From Bilabrum cf. latius (taxonomy: Eukaryota), in NCBI GenBank assembly GCA_965178125.1, contig OZ237753.1, positions 124,001 through 188,000 of the forward strand: a stretch of DNA of 64,000 bases, given 5' to 3'. Within the stretch, counting starts at the first letter, position 1. Each line of letters starts with the position of its first letter. Shown here one piece after another: positions 1-11,716 of this stretch. The notes beneath the pieces are model-generated. The model had not been told where the DNA came from. It searched no databases and saw only the letters and a program-made list of their open reading frames with translations. The position numbers and the translations under genes are program-made.

Positions 1-1470
1 TGCGGCATGCTCCCCGAGCTGGATGCGGCGTTTGTGGTCACTCCGGACTGGCTCTTCGCTGGGATGGGGGACACGGAGGGAGCTGCCCTTGCTGCTGTGG
101 GGGAGGCCAGGGGCCGGGACACTGCGGAAGCACCGGGCCTTGCTGCTGGAGGGGAGGGGCACGCCACGGCTGGCGTCACGGACCCGGGCCGCCGCGGAGA
201 ATCGCAGGCCGGTGCGGACAGAGCGCGTACAGCGAGCCTAGGCTCTGCGTACAGCGGTGGCAGCATTGGGGGAACAGCGGGTGAACCGAGCCACCTGAGC
301 ACGGATGGTGGCGAGTCAGCAGGTCCTGGTGCTGGTGCCATAGTGGGTACTCAACGGACAGATTTGTTCTCTGACCAGGAGCTGTGCGACCGCCTGCAGG
401 TGATGAAGGGCAGCGACAGGCGGAGAGTGACCGGAGTGACCATTGGGAGGCGGGCTGCGGCGGAGGGCGGCAGGGGCAGGGGCAGGGGGGCGGGAGGGGG
501 AGACTGCGATGCTGATGCAGGGTACGATGACGACGAAGAGGGGGAATAGGACGACGAGGACGGCAGGATAGCAGCCCGCGGAGGAGACAGCGACGCTGAG
601 GAGGACGCGTTCAGCGAGTCGGGGCAGAGCGGGAGGGGTCGGGAGGGCAGCGGCAGTAGCGGCAGCGGGGGGGCGAAAGCGTCTTCTGCCGACGACTCCG
701 CGGGTGATGGTCAGCTGGAGTTTGAAGCGGCCGGGCTGACTGTGCCCCTGCGGTTCCTGCGGGACACCGCGGGGCCAGGGAACAACAGGTGGGCTGCAGC
801 GGGGGAGAGTGATGGTGCTGGTGGTCGGTCGGGTGTGTCCGGCGGCGGTGGTGCAGCGCACGATGGTGCGGGGGAGGCTCCTCCCGGCGCCGCGCCTTTG
901 GTTGCGGGCGGTGGCGAGTCGCTAGAGGTGCAGGATGCGGTGTCGAGGCAGGCGGACGACGTGGCCGCGTTTGGGGGCCCGCTGGGCATCGAGTACGAGT
1001 ACACTGACTTTCAGTGCAAGGTGGGGATCCACAGGATGCACGAGTTCGGCTGGGACAAGGAGGGGTACGCTCTCGTGCAGAGGTTTCTGCCCGGGCTGGC
1101 CCCCGTGCTTGATTCCGAGTTCTCGTCGGTGTTCGCTCTGACCTACCGAACGTTCGGCGAGAAGGAGGGGGTCGACACGCAGCCGTTCCGGTCCGGGCTG
1201 TGGCACTACGTGATGCGCCTGTTCGGGGTTTGCAACGATGATTTCCCGTACGAGATGGTCAACAAGATCGTGCCTAGGGAGATCAAGGGGTTCGCCAAGA
1301 AGGTCAGCTGCATCCCTTGGCTGATTCGGGAGGCGGATTTCCGGGGCTTCAGCTAGAAGCTGACTTCGGCCGAGAGAATACACGTGATCATGCTGGCAGC
1401 GGAGGCCCGCAAGCTGGCGTCGACTCTGTCGGCGCTGCGTGCCGTGCACAGGCACTTCCGGTCTAGATGA
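1..1470 (+). CDS. SESN: Sestrin (PA26 family), 5'-truncated by window edge; 2 in-frame TAG (547, 1354) read as Gln
   Basis: Frame 1 is open from base 1 to TGA at 1468-1470 except for two TAGs. It begins CGMLPELD (cf. sestrin CGILPEGD). The C-terminal domain FGWDKEGYALVQRF..ALTYRT..VDTQPFRSGLWHY..AERIHVIMLAAEARKLASTLSALRAV matches sestrin, and its last helix lies after the TAG at 1354. Confidence 0.88.
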
Positions 1471-2380
1471 AAGAAGACGAGAGCGCAGTGCAGTGCACTG
1501 GGGCGGCAACGACTGCCAGCCTGAGCGGCTCGGCTGATGGCTTTGGTTGTTTCGAGCTGAATAGTTTTGGTGCTTGAGCGCAGCAGGTCCATCATGTCAG
1601 AATGCGGGGTTGTTTACACGCGCAGATTTGATTCTGAGGGTACAGGTTTTCAGGTGCAAAGCCTGCAGCGGCCGCCGGACGGCAATACAGTGCAGTGCAT
1701 CTATAGGTGCATTGCACTAAAGAGAGACATGCCGACGTCCATGTGTGACCCAAATCAGCCGTACTGCCTTAGCATGGCGTCAAGCCACAACCTGTTGTCG
1801 CCAAGTGGCGATCAAAATGATACATGGGCATGTGCCCCAACTGCAGAGACGTACAGCGTGGGAAAGGACAAGGTGGAGCGGACAACTGTTGCAAATTTGC
1901 GACGTGGGGGAATGGCGTGAGCAATTACTCGGAAGAATTTCAACGAAAATGTGCTTAGTGTAGCGAGCTGTGATACTTCATGAACTGTGTTGATAAATTG
2001 GCTATGGCTGCGCTAGCATGTGGCGATACTGCCGAGAGGTGCGCGTGCCCGACGCGTCGATGAACTCCCTCGAGTCATTTGACTGCTTGCCGCTTGACTA
2101 GAAACAGACAACCCCACCTCGATCTTGCGCGTTATAATACGTAGCGCTGCTGTGGTGATCAGGGGAGTATCGTTACAGCTGACACAAAAAGACATGCTGC
2201 ACGGGTGGATGCAGATGCGCTTGAGTTCATGACCGAGACTGTGCTACTTTCGTCCGCGATTCAGCAGCCATAAGCCTCGCATTGCATTCAATATTGAATG
2301 AACGACCGTTATCCGCTCTCACGATGAAGTTTCTCACTTAGTGGCCTAGAAACTCGAGTTGCGCGTTTTCGTCCCCGCAG

Positions 2381-5300
2381 TCGTCGGACTGTGAATGACA
2401 TTTTTCGTGCCACGGGCGTCGACAGTCCAAAAGCGGCCACGGACGATGAAAGTGATCAAGATGAGTCAGTAGTTGGGGCCGATCCAAGTGAGTAATCCCG
2501 TGTGGATGGATGTATCTCGTCGGAACAGTCGTCCTGGCTTGCCATGCATCGATGCCGCATTTGCTAGTTTGCGCATGCTATCGTGCATTTCTCGGTTTTC
2601 TCACCGCGATAGTTGTTTGAATAGAAGCGATAATATCACTGTGTCTTCTGTTGCTTGATATTAAAGCTTTCTCAAGCTGCTAGATGCCTGTAAGCATGCT
2701 ACGTGGCTCTTGCGGAGACAACGAGCTCACCCACTGCTCTGGTCCATGCTCCCTGTCTGTACTGACTTTCTCGCAGATCGGACCCTGTTTGGTATGTGGG
2801 ATGGAGTAGCTGCTCGCTGCTGCGTTCAGATCTTCGGCGTGATCCTGTTTCTGCGCCTAAGTGAGGGTAATCGGCGACCAGCGCTTGCCCGAGTTGCGTC
2901 TCGTTTCCATGCCGGCTTCGGTTTTCGACCGTTCTGAAAACGCTGTGGCGGCTATACCTCCCGCTTGACTTGATCAATGCACCCAAAACCTTGAAGTGGT
3001 GCTGAATGTCGCGCTGGTGGTCTGTTGGGGAAGCTACGAGCCAGTTCAAGACACTCGGCTGGCCCCAGCAGTGCGACATGGCTTCCTGCCGCGGCCTGAT
3101 TACCCCTGCCGGCCGCAGCTTGGGGCACTCCCCCGCCTCGCACCGCTTTTTCGATACCCTCTGCACCTTATTCGGTCGTGGGGACGGCCCCGCGTCGCGC
3201 TCTCGGTACACACGCTCCTCCTGGCCGCCACTTCCACCGCTCTCCGGCCCTCTCCCACCCCTTCCGTGCCCTCTCTGTCACCCTTTCGTTGCCCCCTCCC
3301 GCCGCAGGCTTCATCGTCGCGTACGCCGGCATCTGGCTGGCGGTGCTCATCGTGGTGATATCGAGTCTGGTAACCATGCTCACCACCCTGTCGATCTCTG
3401 CCATCACCACCAATGGCAAAGTGGCAGGGGGCGGGGCGTATTTCCTTCTCTCGAGGTCGCTGGGCGCGGAGTGGGGCGGGGCCATCGGGATCCTCTTTGC
3501 TCTTGCCAATGCAGTCGCGATCGCGCTGTACCTGATCGGATTCGCGGAATCCCTCGTGTTCCAGCTGGGCGGCACCTGGATCTCCAGCAGCTGGGACCTA
3601 AGGATCATCGCCTTCATCAGCCTGGCCGCCATCATCGCCATCTGCTTTGTCGGGATTGAGTACGTGGTCAAGTTCCAGCTGGGGCTGCTCATCACCATCG
3701 TGCTGGCCATCGCTTCCTTCATGGGGGGCTGCTTCATGTCAAGGGAGAAGAACAACACCACGCCGTCGTTTGCCGGGTTTCAGGCGGACGGCTCGCTGCG
3801 CAACACCATGCCCGATTTCGACCTCGAGGAGGAGACACCCGCGTCCAGGGAGGCGATCTTGGCCGCTGAGGGCAGCGTCAACTTTGCCACGTGCATTGGA
3901 ATCTTCTTTCCCGCGGTGACCGGCATCATGGGTGAGAGAATTCCTATTTTTTACGCAAGACCTGCGGTTGCCTGCAGCTGCTCAGGAGGCTACTCGTTGC
4001 CCATCCCACCGCTGCTGTTCCTTATCCCTTCCGCAGCTGGCGCCAACATATCCGGTGACCTTGCTGACCCCGCCTATGCCATTCCTGTGGGCACGTCCAT
4101 CTCCGTGGTGGTGACCGCAATCATCTACATCATCCTGTGCATCATGATGGGAGCGGTGGGCCTGCGCACAGTGGAGGTGGAGGACGGCTTCGACGGCATG
4201 TTCCACAACAACCTCTTCATGGCGTAGGCGGCAGGCGAGCCGTGGCTTGTGTACATCGGTATCTACGCCGCCACGCTCTCCTCTGCCCTGGCCTCCCTCG
4301 TGGGCGCCCCTCGCGTGCTCCAGGCGGTGGCCCGGGACGACCTCTTCTCGTGGCTGGCTCCCTTCAAGGTGGGCGTGGGCGTCAACGACGAGCCCATCCC
4401 GGCGTACATCATCACCATCATCGTCGCAATCGCCTGCATCCTCATCGGCGACCTGAACGCAGTGGCACCCCTGATCTCCGGCTTCTTCCTCGCTTCGTAC
4501 GCCCTGGTCAACTACGCGACGTATTCCATGGAGGTGTCAAAGTCTCCCGGGTGGAGGCCCAGCTTCCGGTACTACAGCAAGTGGACCGCCCTGCTGGGCG
4601 CCCTCGCCTGCGTGGGCATGATGTTCTTCCTGGACTGGATCTTCGCCCTCATCTCGTGGGTCTGCATCGGGGCACTGTACTACTGGGTGGCCAAGACCAC
4701 GGGCCCCTCCATCAACTGGGGCAGCGCCGCAGAGGGCGCGACCTACCTCGACGCCCTACGGCTCGTGTCTGCCCTGCAGAAGAAACCCGTCCACACCAAG
4801 AACTTCCGGCCGCAACTCATGGTGCTCGTGGGAGAGAGGGACGACTGGGCCCACCGCGCGGGGCTGGTGCACTTTGCCAGGCACTGCGCCTCCAAGAGCA
4901 AGGGACTCAACGTGTTTGCTTCCGTGCAGATCGCAGACTTCGGGGCCTACATGTCGCAGCACGCCTCCCCGGAGAGCTGGTCCGACAGGAACAGACCCCG
5001 GAAGCTCCTCAACTCTTGGCTGGCGAGGCTGCGCGCCCCCGGCTTTGTCAACAACCTGGTGAGCCCCACCATGCGAATGGGGGTGCAGTCGCTCATGCAG
5101 CTGGGCGGGCTCGGGCAGCTGCGACCCAACTGCCTCGTGATGGGCTTCAAGCACGGGTGGGCCGTGGACGACGACACGGACGTGGGCGAGTACGTGGCCG
5201 TGATCGGGGACGCGTTCGACTGCGACATGGGCGTGTGCCTGGTGGCTGGCAAAGACGCCTACGAGCGGCTCTCACTGGTGGAGGGCTTCAAGGGCAATGG

Positions 5301-6738
5301 CGAGTTGTCTGAGGGCCACAGGCGGCGCCTGGCCTAGCGCAAGGTCATGGAGGCTGCCAACAGGGCCATGGGGGCCGGGTCGGGCGGAACGGGGGCCAGC
5401 GCTGCTCGCATCGGCGCTGGGGAGGACGATGACTCCGCCGCGCTGGACGACGTGGAGCTGGGCGTGGACGGGCAGGTCGAGGAGCCGACCGTGGACAGCG
5501 ACGATGGGACAATGGAGGGGGGGGAGGAGGGCAAGGCCGCCGAGGCTGGCGTCAATGGGGGTGCCTCGGCCGCATCAGCAGGCGGTGAGGTTGAAATGGC
5601 CGGCATCGGCTCCAAGGCCAGCGGGCAGTCCGGCGAGAACCTCAAGAGCTCCGCGTCTTCCGCCACACTGACCTCGGCGCGGAGCGAGGTGGACCTCATG
5701 GCGGCCTTTGGCGGCGACGAGGACGACCTGCCCTTCGTGGGTGACGACGGGGTCACCGACCAGACCCGGGAGGGATGCTGCGGGGGCGTGCTGCAGCGCA
5801 TGGGCGAGGAGGTGCGGTTCGATGTGATCTGGCTCGAGGACGACGGCGGTCTCTCAGTGCTGCTGCCGCTGCTGCTAACCAGGTGCCGCCGCTGGAGGGG
5901 CGCCAAGCTGCGGATCATCGTGGTGGGCCGGGACCAGATGCAGCTGGTGCGCAAGCGCGAGAGCGTGGAGAAGATGATGGACCTGTTCCGCGTGCCTTGC
6001 GAGGTGGACGCCTGGCACAACGACCCGGACGTCCAGCTCAAGGAGGAGACCATCCGCAGGCACCAGATGCTCGAGGTCGAGATGTCGCACAGCTCGCTCC
6101 CACAGACCTCGAGGGACTACCTCAGGGTCGGCGAGATGATCCAGGAGAAGTGCTCGGATGCCGGCCTCGTCTTCATCACGCTCCCCGTGCCCAGGGTGAG
6201 CCAGAGCCCGAGGCAGTACATGGCCTACCTGCAGGCCCTTGCCCGGGTCAGCAAGCCCAAGCTGCACGCGGTGGACACGCATGAGCTGGTGCCGGCTTCC
6301 TCGGCCACCGGCGGGGAGGGCCGGGACATCTTCGACGTGCTTCAGAAGCGGATGGACGCAGAGGGTGGGCTCGACGTGGAGGACGCCGCGGAGGCAGCGC
6401 TGGCCATGGGCGGGGTGACCGCTGGCCAGGTGGCCGGTGCAGGCGCAGAGTCTCCCGCAGGCGACAACTCTGCAGCTGAGCTGGGTCCCGCGCAGGTATC
6501 GGGCGCCGGGAGCACCGGCGGGGACTCGAGCACTATGAGAACGGCCTAGATCGCCGCTGCGGACGCAAACGCCGGGGGCACAGGCGGCGGCGGCGCCAGG
6601 AAGGTCAAGCAGCTGGCTGCGGACCTGGGCGTGGCCGTGCCGGTGGACGTGGATGAGGTGTTCACCACAAAGTGCTCGGGCCCCCCCGTAGTGTTCCTCC
6701 GCGGCAACCAGAAGTCGGTGCTCACGTTCATGTCGTGA
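2381..6738 (+). CDS. SLC12 cation-chloride cotransporter (NKCC/NCC-like), multi-exon, 5' end unresolved; TAG=Gln at 4225, 5335, 6547
   Basis: Motifs: FGMWDGVAARCCVQIFGVILFLRLS, GGGAYFLLSRSLGAEWGGAIG, FFPAVTGIMAGANISGDL, SPGWRPSFRYYS, KNFRPQ and the family C-terminus PPVVFLRGNQKSVLTFMS-TGA, which is reached only through TAGs. Inferred introns: ~2488-2776, 2861-3307 and 3932-4036 (GTGAG..GCAG). The first exon(s) upstream of 2381 were not identified. Confidence 0.9.
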
Positions 6739-7598
6739 TTCTATGGTAGAATTCGTGGCGATGCGACGGACTGGTGCAGCCGGCTGGCAAGAACGGGGGC
6801 AGTCTGGCTGGTCTGGCTGGGTGTCACGCGGCAGTCTGGCTGGGTGTCGCACGGCAGGGTGCCAGGGTGAGGGTGAGCGCCTACCCGCTTGTGAAGCCTC
6901 GCAAGGCCTGGGCTGTGCCCGTGACTGCACTGATTTCTTGTAGTGGTTTATTCGACAAGTTTTGGCCCTTCTTTTTAGTTAAGCAGTACCCCCATACTTG
7001 CGCTTGTGTCTTCCTCACGCGATTGCGATTCGCGATCCATCAGCTCATGGCCCTACAGCCTCTGCCGGTCCGCCCCTCCGTCCGAACTGGGGTCTTGCTC
7101 AACGGCGCTACCCTTGTCACTGTTCGAGACAGCTACATGCACTCGGGCCGGCCGGCCTGCGCAGTGAACCCGACGGATTGTTCGTGCGCTCGGACGCGGG
7201 CGGCTGGTCCACTGTGGCGACGCAGTCAGCGCTGACTGAGTGTCCTCTACAGGATTGGCGCTTTAGCCAACCTCCTACTCTTGTTTCGATTCGCCAGTGC
7301 TACCAGTGTGGCCCCCGTCCACAATTGACGGGCACCAGTACCATGACACACTACAGCAAAGGGGCCCGGGGGATCCCTTTATTCGTGGGCAGGCGAAAGA
7401 TGGGACTAAACCAGCCACCAGCCTTTGTGCAGGTCTTTGCGCCCCTGACACTGGGATCAGGGCCCGATGCCTTGTGAAATGCCGCGTACTGACCCGTCTC
7501 AATGCCGAAGAGAGAGAGCTGTATCGCTGTGGACGAGAGCTTTGTTGACGCTCCCCATGGCAGCGAGTGAGTGAGCCTGGCACACTGGCATGTCGAAA

Positions 7599-8513
7599 TC
7601 AGACTCCGAATCCTTCTGGCCCATCAGGCCTTCGAGCGTGGGTAGGCTAACTATGTCTCCCCTCTTCATGGCTTGGTGCGTCACCGTCCTATCCATGATT
7701 AGGAGCAGCAGCAGCAGCAACACTACTAGAACCACCCTGGATTCTGCTCCGCCTCCTGGCCCTCCTCTGCTCCTCCCTCTCGGACTGTTCCCTGACCGCG
7801 CCCACGTCCTGTTTCATGGCCTCCAGCTTCCGCAGCATCTGCACCGCCGTGGTCTCCGTGTCGATTGCCTTCACGGCGGCGACGATCTCCTCGTCGTCGG
7901 GGACATCGTCGCCCGCAGTGCCCTGCTCGAGCTGGGCTGCGGAGACGCCGCCACCGCCGACACCCAAGCTTCCTCGCTTCGCCGACTACGAGAATTCGCT
8001 TAGCTATGGTCTGCTAGATCCAGCAAGGAGGTCCTGCTACATGGCATCCAACAAACGCCGCTCCACCGCGGCGATATTGGAGCCGCGCACCTCGCCGCGG
8101 TAGTGGCCGCCTTGCGCAAACACAAACGTTGGCATTGTTGTGATGCCGGCCATTCGAAAGACTGCCTCAGTCCCTTCATCCTGTACGTCAACCCGAGCAA
8201 AGTTGATCGCAGAGCCTAGCATTGACGCCATTCGTTCGAAGGCAGGCTCCACGAATCTGCACTTCGGGCTAGCATCTGGATCGGTGAACAGGGCTACCGT
8301 CGTCTTTTGCTGTGAAAATAAAGTTCGTAGCTACTTAACTGCATCATCACCCCATATTTCGTGTATACTCGGGGGCTTCGCATTATCAACACCTCCGGTT
8401 GCAGCTGTTGAAAAACTTTGTACGGCTCGCGCTTGGAAACAAGCGCTGGCCCTCGTGCCACGCAGAAGATGATTCACAGGTGTAGCAGAGGATACCAACC
8501 ATCTTCTCAGCAT
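7599..8513 (-). CDS. Thioredoxin-fold protein (~304 aa), probable mitochondrial presequence, atypical SPKC active site; 6 in-frame TAG
   Basis: ORF pieces 8331-8606, 8037-8252 and 7689-7967 share one frame and are joined only by TAGs, ending at TGA 7599. Trx-like VALFTDPDASPKCRFVEPAFERMA..FARVDV..GITTMPTFVF. The N-terminus MLRRWLVSS.. is Arg/Ser-rich. An alternative in-frame ATG exists at 8606. Confidence 0.75.
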
Positions 8514-8616
8514 AGCTTTATGGATTCCGTCGCCAGAAATACTGGTGGTGAGAGCCTTGGTGACGAGTGGTACGCGGTCGTACGCATTTTTGCATTTGTG
8601 TGTCATTCAAGGCTGC

Positions 8617-10962
8617 ATGGCCCAAGGCTAGGAAGTAACAGTGCACTTTATCAACAACTTTGATGCGACGGTACGCTTGAGACTGCAAGATGCGACGGCT
8701 GACCCGGATTCCTGGGACCAGCTGCATAGCGCGGTGGCACGGTTGCCTCCAGCCATCCAAATAGTTCATCAGACGTACGATTCCGGCCATCCTTATTATC
8801 TTGCTCGGTATTCTATCCCTGGTGTCGCGTAGAGCGTCGCTAGACTGTTTCGACAGGACAAGACCGTATTGGCCAAGCACCTTGCCTCGGCTCACACATA
8901 CTACAACGCAAATTTGAACCTCTCCGGCTGCGTAAAACTTGCAAACACCGTCATTGGTGCGTGCAAATGGTGCTTAAAATTCGAACCGGGAACGAGTGCA
9001 TGCCATAGCCGGGTGAAAGCTGAGCAAGAGCTGGGCGATGCCGAGCGGTTCAAACTCAAGAGCAGCTGCTTCAGCAGCGCTTCCGGCGGGCCAATAGTCA
9101 GAATGCCAACCCTTACGAGCGACCCCCGTGCCCTGGGCACGTTGCAAGCCTGGCAACAGACCGAAAACTCCCAGGACCCTCCACCCTGTGGTCGATCGAG
9201 AGTTCCAGTCTCGTCAACGAGTGCCCGCGTCTCCAGTTCAACTTCGGCATACGATAGTGGTGGCTCCAGCGGCCAACCCCATCACGTACCATCGGAAACG
9301 CCGTCAGCGGAATCGCGACATACTCATGACTCCGTTGAAGCCATGAGCGCTCTCGCTGAAGGCCTGGGTCTGGGAGAAACAGGAGGCGAGCTCGAAGAAG
9401 GCTAGAGCAGGAACAAGGCATGGGCGGAGAATAAGTGTGACAGCGATAGCGGTAGCGATCCTGAAACTAACACTGTTATCAAAAGAGACAGGCTGGGCAG
9501 GCCCCAGGTGGGGTGGACGTTTGGAAGAGGCTGGGACGACGGCGAGCACATGCACGGCGAAGCCATCGCTCTGGGGGCCGGACCCCGCGCAGGGGACATG
9601 CCCCGGGGGACAGGTGGGGATAGCATGCCGCCCGGTCGAGTCACTAGAACAGGCGCCCCAAGGCCAAGGCCTGGGCAGAAGCGAAGCAGGCCAGGACCAA
9701 GTGCCGGGTCCGGGCCTGCTGCACAGAGGCCTCGGCCTGGGCCTGGGCCTGGGCCTCGGCCAGGCAGTGTCGGAGCCGCGAGCACAAAAAGTAGTCGAAT
9801 CGATACCTCCAAGAAGCAGCAGACCCTGTAGGTGCATCGCACTGCCGCATCGAGACGAGTAACACGGCCTGGGGCACCGAGCGGGCCCCTAGTGCCGAGC
9901 GGCGATCTGCAGTGCGATGCACCCGGTACACCTGGCCAAAGATCGTCAGTAGGCAGCTCATGCGCAGGAGGAGCCCCCGTCCTGTCGGGGCTCAGGTGGG
10001 GCCTCGAGACGGCGGGCACACTCCCTGTGCTAAGGGCCCCCGTCCCTGGACCCCAGCTGGGGGGCGGCAGTGCCCTGGGGGGTGGCCCCGTCATGGGGTA
10101 GGGGTCATCTGGGAAGGTGCGTTGTGACGGGCTGCTGTCAAGGCTGGATCAAAGCAGGTAGTTGCTGTCGGCGCATTCTTCTTCCTCGTCCTCGTCCTCG
10201 TCCTCGTCGTCTGCTTCCGCATCGTCCTCTGGTACTGCCGGTGTTGGTGCTGGTGCAGGCGATGCGCCGGCAGCTGTCCCCGTGGGTTACGTTCGGCTGA
10301 TGCTGCACTCGTGCGGCGGTCTGCAGGTGGTGGAGCCAGTCTTTCGAGAGGAACTGTTGGATGGAGCCTCTTGGGGCGGACCCGCCCGAAACAACGGACC
10401 TGCCCCAAGCAACGAGCGGGCCGGCAAAGCCAGTAGCTGCGAGGCGACTGGTACCAGTGCGTAGTAGAGCCATCGGGTGCTCAAAGAGATTCAGAAAGGC
10501 ATCCGCAAGGCCGCGTGGCGCTGTTTTTAGAGGCTAGAGCTGCGGGTGCGGTACCGGGTGAAGATGGCACGACTGCCCGAGCGTACAAGTGGGGCACCCA
10601 ATGTGCACGACGTTGCCGGTACCGGTCGTCGTGCAGCCAGTGCCAGTGGTGCTACCAGTCCCAAGCAGACCAGCAGGAAAGACCCGCAGGCAAGCGGCGG
10701 CGGGGAGGATGGAGGTGGCGATCGGATCAAGGAGCGGATCAAGGAGCGGATCACAGCTGAGTACACAGTGGTGGGTGCCCGTGTGGCACCCCGCGGGGTA
10801 ATCCTTGCGGGCACGCAGGCCAGGGAACGTTCGGTGGAAGAACAGCGGGCTGCGGAGGGAGAAGCAGTGGACAAATAGACTAGTTGCGGCACTTTCGTTT
10901 CGACTGGTGACAGTGCAGCAGGGCAAATGCTTGGGCCGTCTACCATGCTGCGGTTCGATTGA
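8617..10962 (+). CDS. Hypothetical protein (~781 aa), largely low-complexity; 10 in-frame TAG including tandem TAG TAG
   Basis: Six ORF-track fragments (starts 8641, 8869, 9508, 9832, 10162, 10546) are all in frame 1. ATG 8617 to TGA 10960-10962 contains no TAA/TGA. Confidence 0.7.
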
Positions 10963-11442
10963 AATGCATCATGGTGCGGCTGCAAAAACCGGTGCTGCCC
11001 TGTGATAGTTTCTCCTCTGCGACGTTGATCTTGCAACCACGCCTACGACCATGATGTCAATCGTAGATTTGGGTGCAGTTGGTGATACTGTTTCCGAGTT
11101 TTGCTGAGTGTATGCGGTTGGATCTAAATTCGAGTGATTGCCAGCTTGCTTCGTAGAATTGTTTGAATCATGTTCAAACTTAAACAGGATCTTTGTATTG
11201 CCTCTGTAGGGTGATCGTGCACAGATGACGAAAGGCGACAGGTCGCTCGCCGCCTCAGGTTAGTTAGCGGCGAGCGGCGAGCGATGTGCTCGGCGGACAT
11301 GCGCTGGCTGCTGCTGCTGCGTGGGGCGGCTGGGTCTGCCAACTTGCTCTTTAGCCAGAAACCAAATCTGATATCCATTCTACAATTGCAGCATTTAGTC
11401 TCATGGCATTAGTATCATAAAAATCAAAGTAATAACCTAACA

Positions 11443-11716
11443 TCATGTCAGCTCTGATCGGGACAAACTCATCCAACTGTCATGCCACCTCCGGAGCCTA
11501 GTGTTGTGCATGCAGTGCAGTGACTTCGTTTTGCACAAACGAGTCACTGCAATCGTTGCATGACTACCTAAGTTACTCCAGCGCGGCTTTGCTGTATTCA
11601 GGATTGGAGTGTCCCGCGAAGAACGACATGAATCGAGCCACCACACCGCCCCTTAATCCGTTGGAAAAACAGATCAGTACCGATTTCACGGAATCTGTGA
11701 GGCGCTGCCAGCCGTT
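11443..11716. repeat. 3' flank of the tandem duplication, homologous to ~28080-28342
   Basis: Shares blocks such as tcatgccacctc, catgcagtgcagtgac, gagtcactgcaatcgttgcatg and gaacgacatgaatcgag with 28080-28342. Confidence 0.8.
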
